NCBI GenBank assembly: GCA_963796875.1
Contig: CAWCNL010000004.1
Span: 43,616-107,615 of the forward strand
Length of the DNA stretch: 64,000 nucleotides
Direction: 5' to 3'
Origin: an uncultured Actinomycetes bacterium
Lineage (GTDB): Bacteria > Actinomycetota > Thermoleophilia > Gaiellales > JAICJC01
Under the pieces are notes generated by a model. It made no database searches. It saw only the letters and a list, made by a program, of their open reading frames with translations, and was not told the origin of the DNA. The stretch's first letter is position 1; each line of letters begins with the position of its first letter. Positions 62,450-64,000 of this stretch are shown here, in pieces. The translations under genes and the position numbers were made by a program.

Positions 62450-63408
62450 CAGGTGTTCCGCACCCGCGGGTCGAGGTAGGTGTAGGCAAGGTCGGCGAAG
62501 AGGTTGGCCAGGATCACGCCGAACGAGGCCACCAGGAACACCGCCTGCATCACCGGATAGTCGTTGTTGGCGATCGCCTGGTAGCTCAGAAGGCCCATGC
62601 CCGGCCACGAGAACAGCGCCTCGATCACGATCGCGCCCGAGATGATGAATCCAAAGCTGATGGCCGAGAGCGCCACCACCGGCAGGATTGCGTTGCGGGT
62701 GGCGCGGCGCAGCACCTTGTGGCGCGGAAGGCCGATGGCGGTGGCGGTGGTGACGAAGTCCTCGGTCAACGTGTCGGCCAGCGACGAGCGCATGATCACC
62801 ACGTACTGGGCCAGGATGCCGATCGTCAGCGCGATGATCGGCAGCGCCGCGTGCTGCCCGACGTTCCAGACGTATCCGGCGGTCGAGAAGCTGGCCCCCG
62901 GCTCGGATTTCTGGCCGGTCGGGAACAGCCCGATCACCACCGCGAAGAACCAGATCAGGATCATGCCGGCCCAGAAGTCGGGCATGGCGTAGAAGAACAG
63001 CGAACTCTGCACCACGGAGGTGTCGGTCTTGCTGCCGCGTTTGTCGGCGGCTCTCACTCCCAGCCACGAGCCGATCAGGGTGGCAAGCACTGTAGAGATG
63101 CCCACCAGGATCAGCGTGTTTGGCAGCGCATCCCAGATCATGTGGGACACCGGCTGGTTGGTCTGGAAGCTGGTGCCGAAGTCGCCGTGCACGGTCTCGT
63201 CGATGTACACCCGAAACTGGCCCAGATAGCCCTTGTCCAGGCCGCGCTCGTGGATCAGCCGCTGGCGGCCGGCCTCGCTCAGCCGCTGGTTGCCGCGAAT
63301 CAGGTCGTCCTTCGGGTTGCTGGCAACCCGAAACAGGAAGAAGTTGAAGATCAGCACGAAGATCAGCGTGCCGACCGCAAAGGCGATCTTCTTCAGGACG
63401 TAGCTCAT
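62449..63408 (-). CDS. peptide ABC transporter permease (OppB/DppB-like)
   Basis: MSYVLKKIAFAVGTLIFVLIFNFFLFR start and BPD_transp_1 core (EDFVTTATAIGL). Confidence 0.9.
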   Translation of the reverse strand: MSYVLKKIAFAVGTLIFVLIFNFFLFRVASNPKDDLIRGNQRLSEAGRQRLIHERGLDKGYLGQFRVYIDETVHGDFGTSFQTNQPVSHMIWDALPNTLILVGISTVLATLIGSWLGVRAADKRGSKTDTSVVQSSLFFYAMPDFWAGMILIWFFAVVIGLFPTGQKSEPGASFSTAGYVWNVGQHAALPIIALTIGILAQYVVIMRSSLADTLTEDFVTTATAIGLPRHKVLRRATRNAILPVVALSAISFGFIISGAIVIEALFSWPGMGLLSYQAIANNDYPVMQAVFLVASFGVILANLFADLAYTYLDPRVRNT

Positions 63409-64000
63409 GTGGCCGGGTGCGCCTCGCTTCCGCTGGGGGGCAGCTCGAACGGCTGGCGCTCTTCACGCCGGCGGCGGTAGTAGCCGATCGCCCACACCAC
63501 CGCCGCCACGCCGATGAAGAAGATGATCACCCAGGTCGCGCCGGCGTAGTTGGAACTCGCCTTCTTGCCCGGCTGGATCAGCTGCAGCTGCATCCAGCTG
63601 TAGCCGAACGGCTGGCCGCCCACGGTCGGCGAGGGCTGCCAGTTTGTCCACGTGTCCGTGCGCGTCGTCTCGAGATAGGGGCTGTAGTCGGTGATCACGT
63701 AGGGCAGCTCGCGCAGCTCGATCTCCTCGGCCTGGTGCAGCAGCGCCACCCGCTTCTTGAAGTCCTTGGTCCGCAGCGCCTGCTGCGAGAGCTTGGTGAA
63801 CTGATGGTTGCACCACATCGAGTCGGCCGAGGAGTTGCCGCACTGCAGTACCTCGAACACGTAGTCGGGGGTCGCCGTATCTCCGCCCCAGTCCCACATG
63901 AACGCGTCGTAGCTGGGCTCGTACTTGTCGGCATCGGCCGGATTCTTGGACGAGGTCGACTTGTAGATCTGCGCGTTCAGCGCATCGTCGGTCTCGATCT
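63405..64000 (-). CDS. peptide ABC substrate-binding protein (family 5), C-terminal part with an unusual C-terminal TM anchor; continues past window end
   Basis: The frame is open to position 64000 (...IETDDALNAQIYKSTSSKNPADADKYEPSYDAFMWDWGGD...). C-terminus ATWVIIFFIGVAAVVWAIGYYRRRRE. ATGA overlap with the permease gene. Confidence 0.75.
   Translation of the reverse strand, partial: IETDDALNAQIYKSTSSKNPADADKYEPSYDAFMWDWGGDTATPDYVFEVLQCGNSSADSMWCNHQFTKLSQQALRTKDFKKRVALLHQAEEIELRELPYVITDYSPYLETTRTDTWTNWQPSPTVGGQPFGYSWMQLQLIQPGKKASSNYAGATWVIIFFIGVAAVVWAIGYYRRRREERQPFELPPSGSEAHPAT

Overview
High-GC bacterial chromosome segment whose gene order looks actinobacterial (ruvX-alaS ... mnmA-iscS, aspS-hisS-MBL hydrolase). 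This taxon call is inferred from synteny only. Most of the window is core metabolism: aminoacyl-tRNA synthetases (alaS, aspS, hisS); an iscS / IscU-like~mnmA thiolation module; a histidine-utilisation cluster (hutU, hutI, hutH plus glutamate formimidoyltransferase); a FadH/TMADH-type flavoprotein; a LuxR-type two-component pair; two heterodimer-type ABC exporters; an ABC-2 exporter; a SulP permease; a ROK-regulated sugar/aminosugar locus; a 5-gene peptide ABC importer; one tRNA-Gln(CUG). No rRNA, CRISPR array, transposase, integrase or recognisable defence system was found. The observations most worth follow-up are listed here. (1) About 50 single-base frameshifts break conserved genes, several at homopolymer runs and unevenly distributed. 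Assembly indel error is the likely cause, with possible true decay of the sugar locus. (2) A modular family of AT-armed palindromic hairpin elements sits at operon boundaries: four ~100-115 bp double-hairpin elements, three single palindromes and a 3-unit 59-60 bp tandem array. (3) At least a dozen genes have a TANNNT hexamer 6-7 nt upstream of the start codon and no SD, suggesting pervasive leaderless transcription. (4) A ~380-nt lower-GC, hairpin-rich non-coding island lies between two such promoters (18486-18868) and may be an unassigned RNA. (5) IscU-like and MnmA are fused in frame. (6) A less GC-rich accessory-looking block (HEAT-repeat protein, cupin, SnoaL, MprF-like, gene remnants) lies beside tRNA-Gln. 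All homology calls come from motif recognition by eye; no searches were run.
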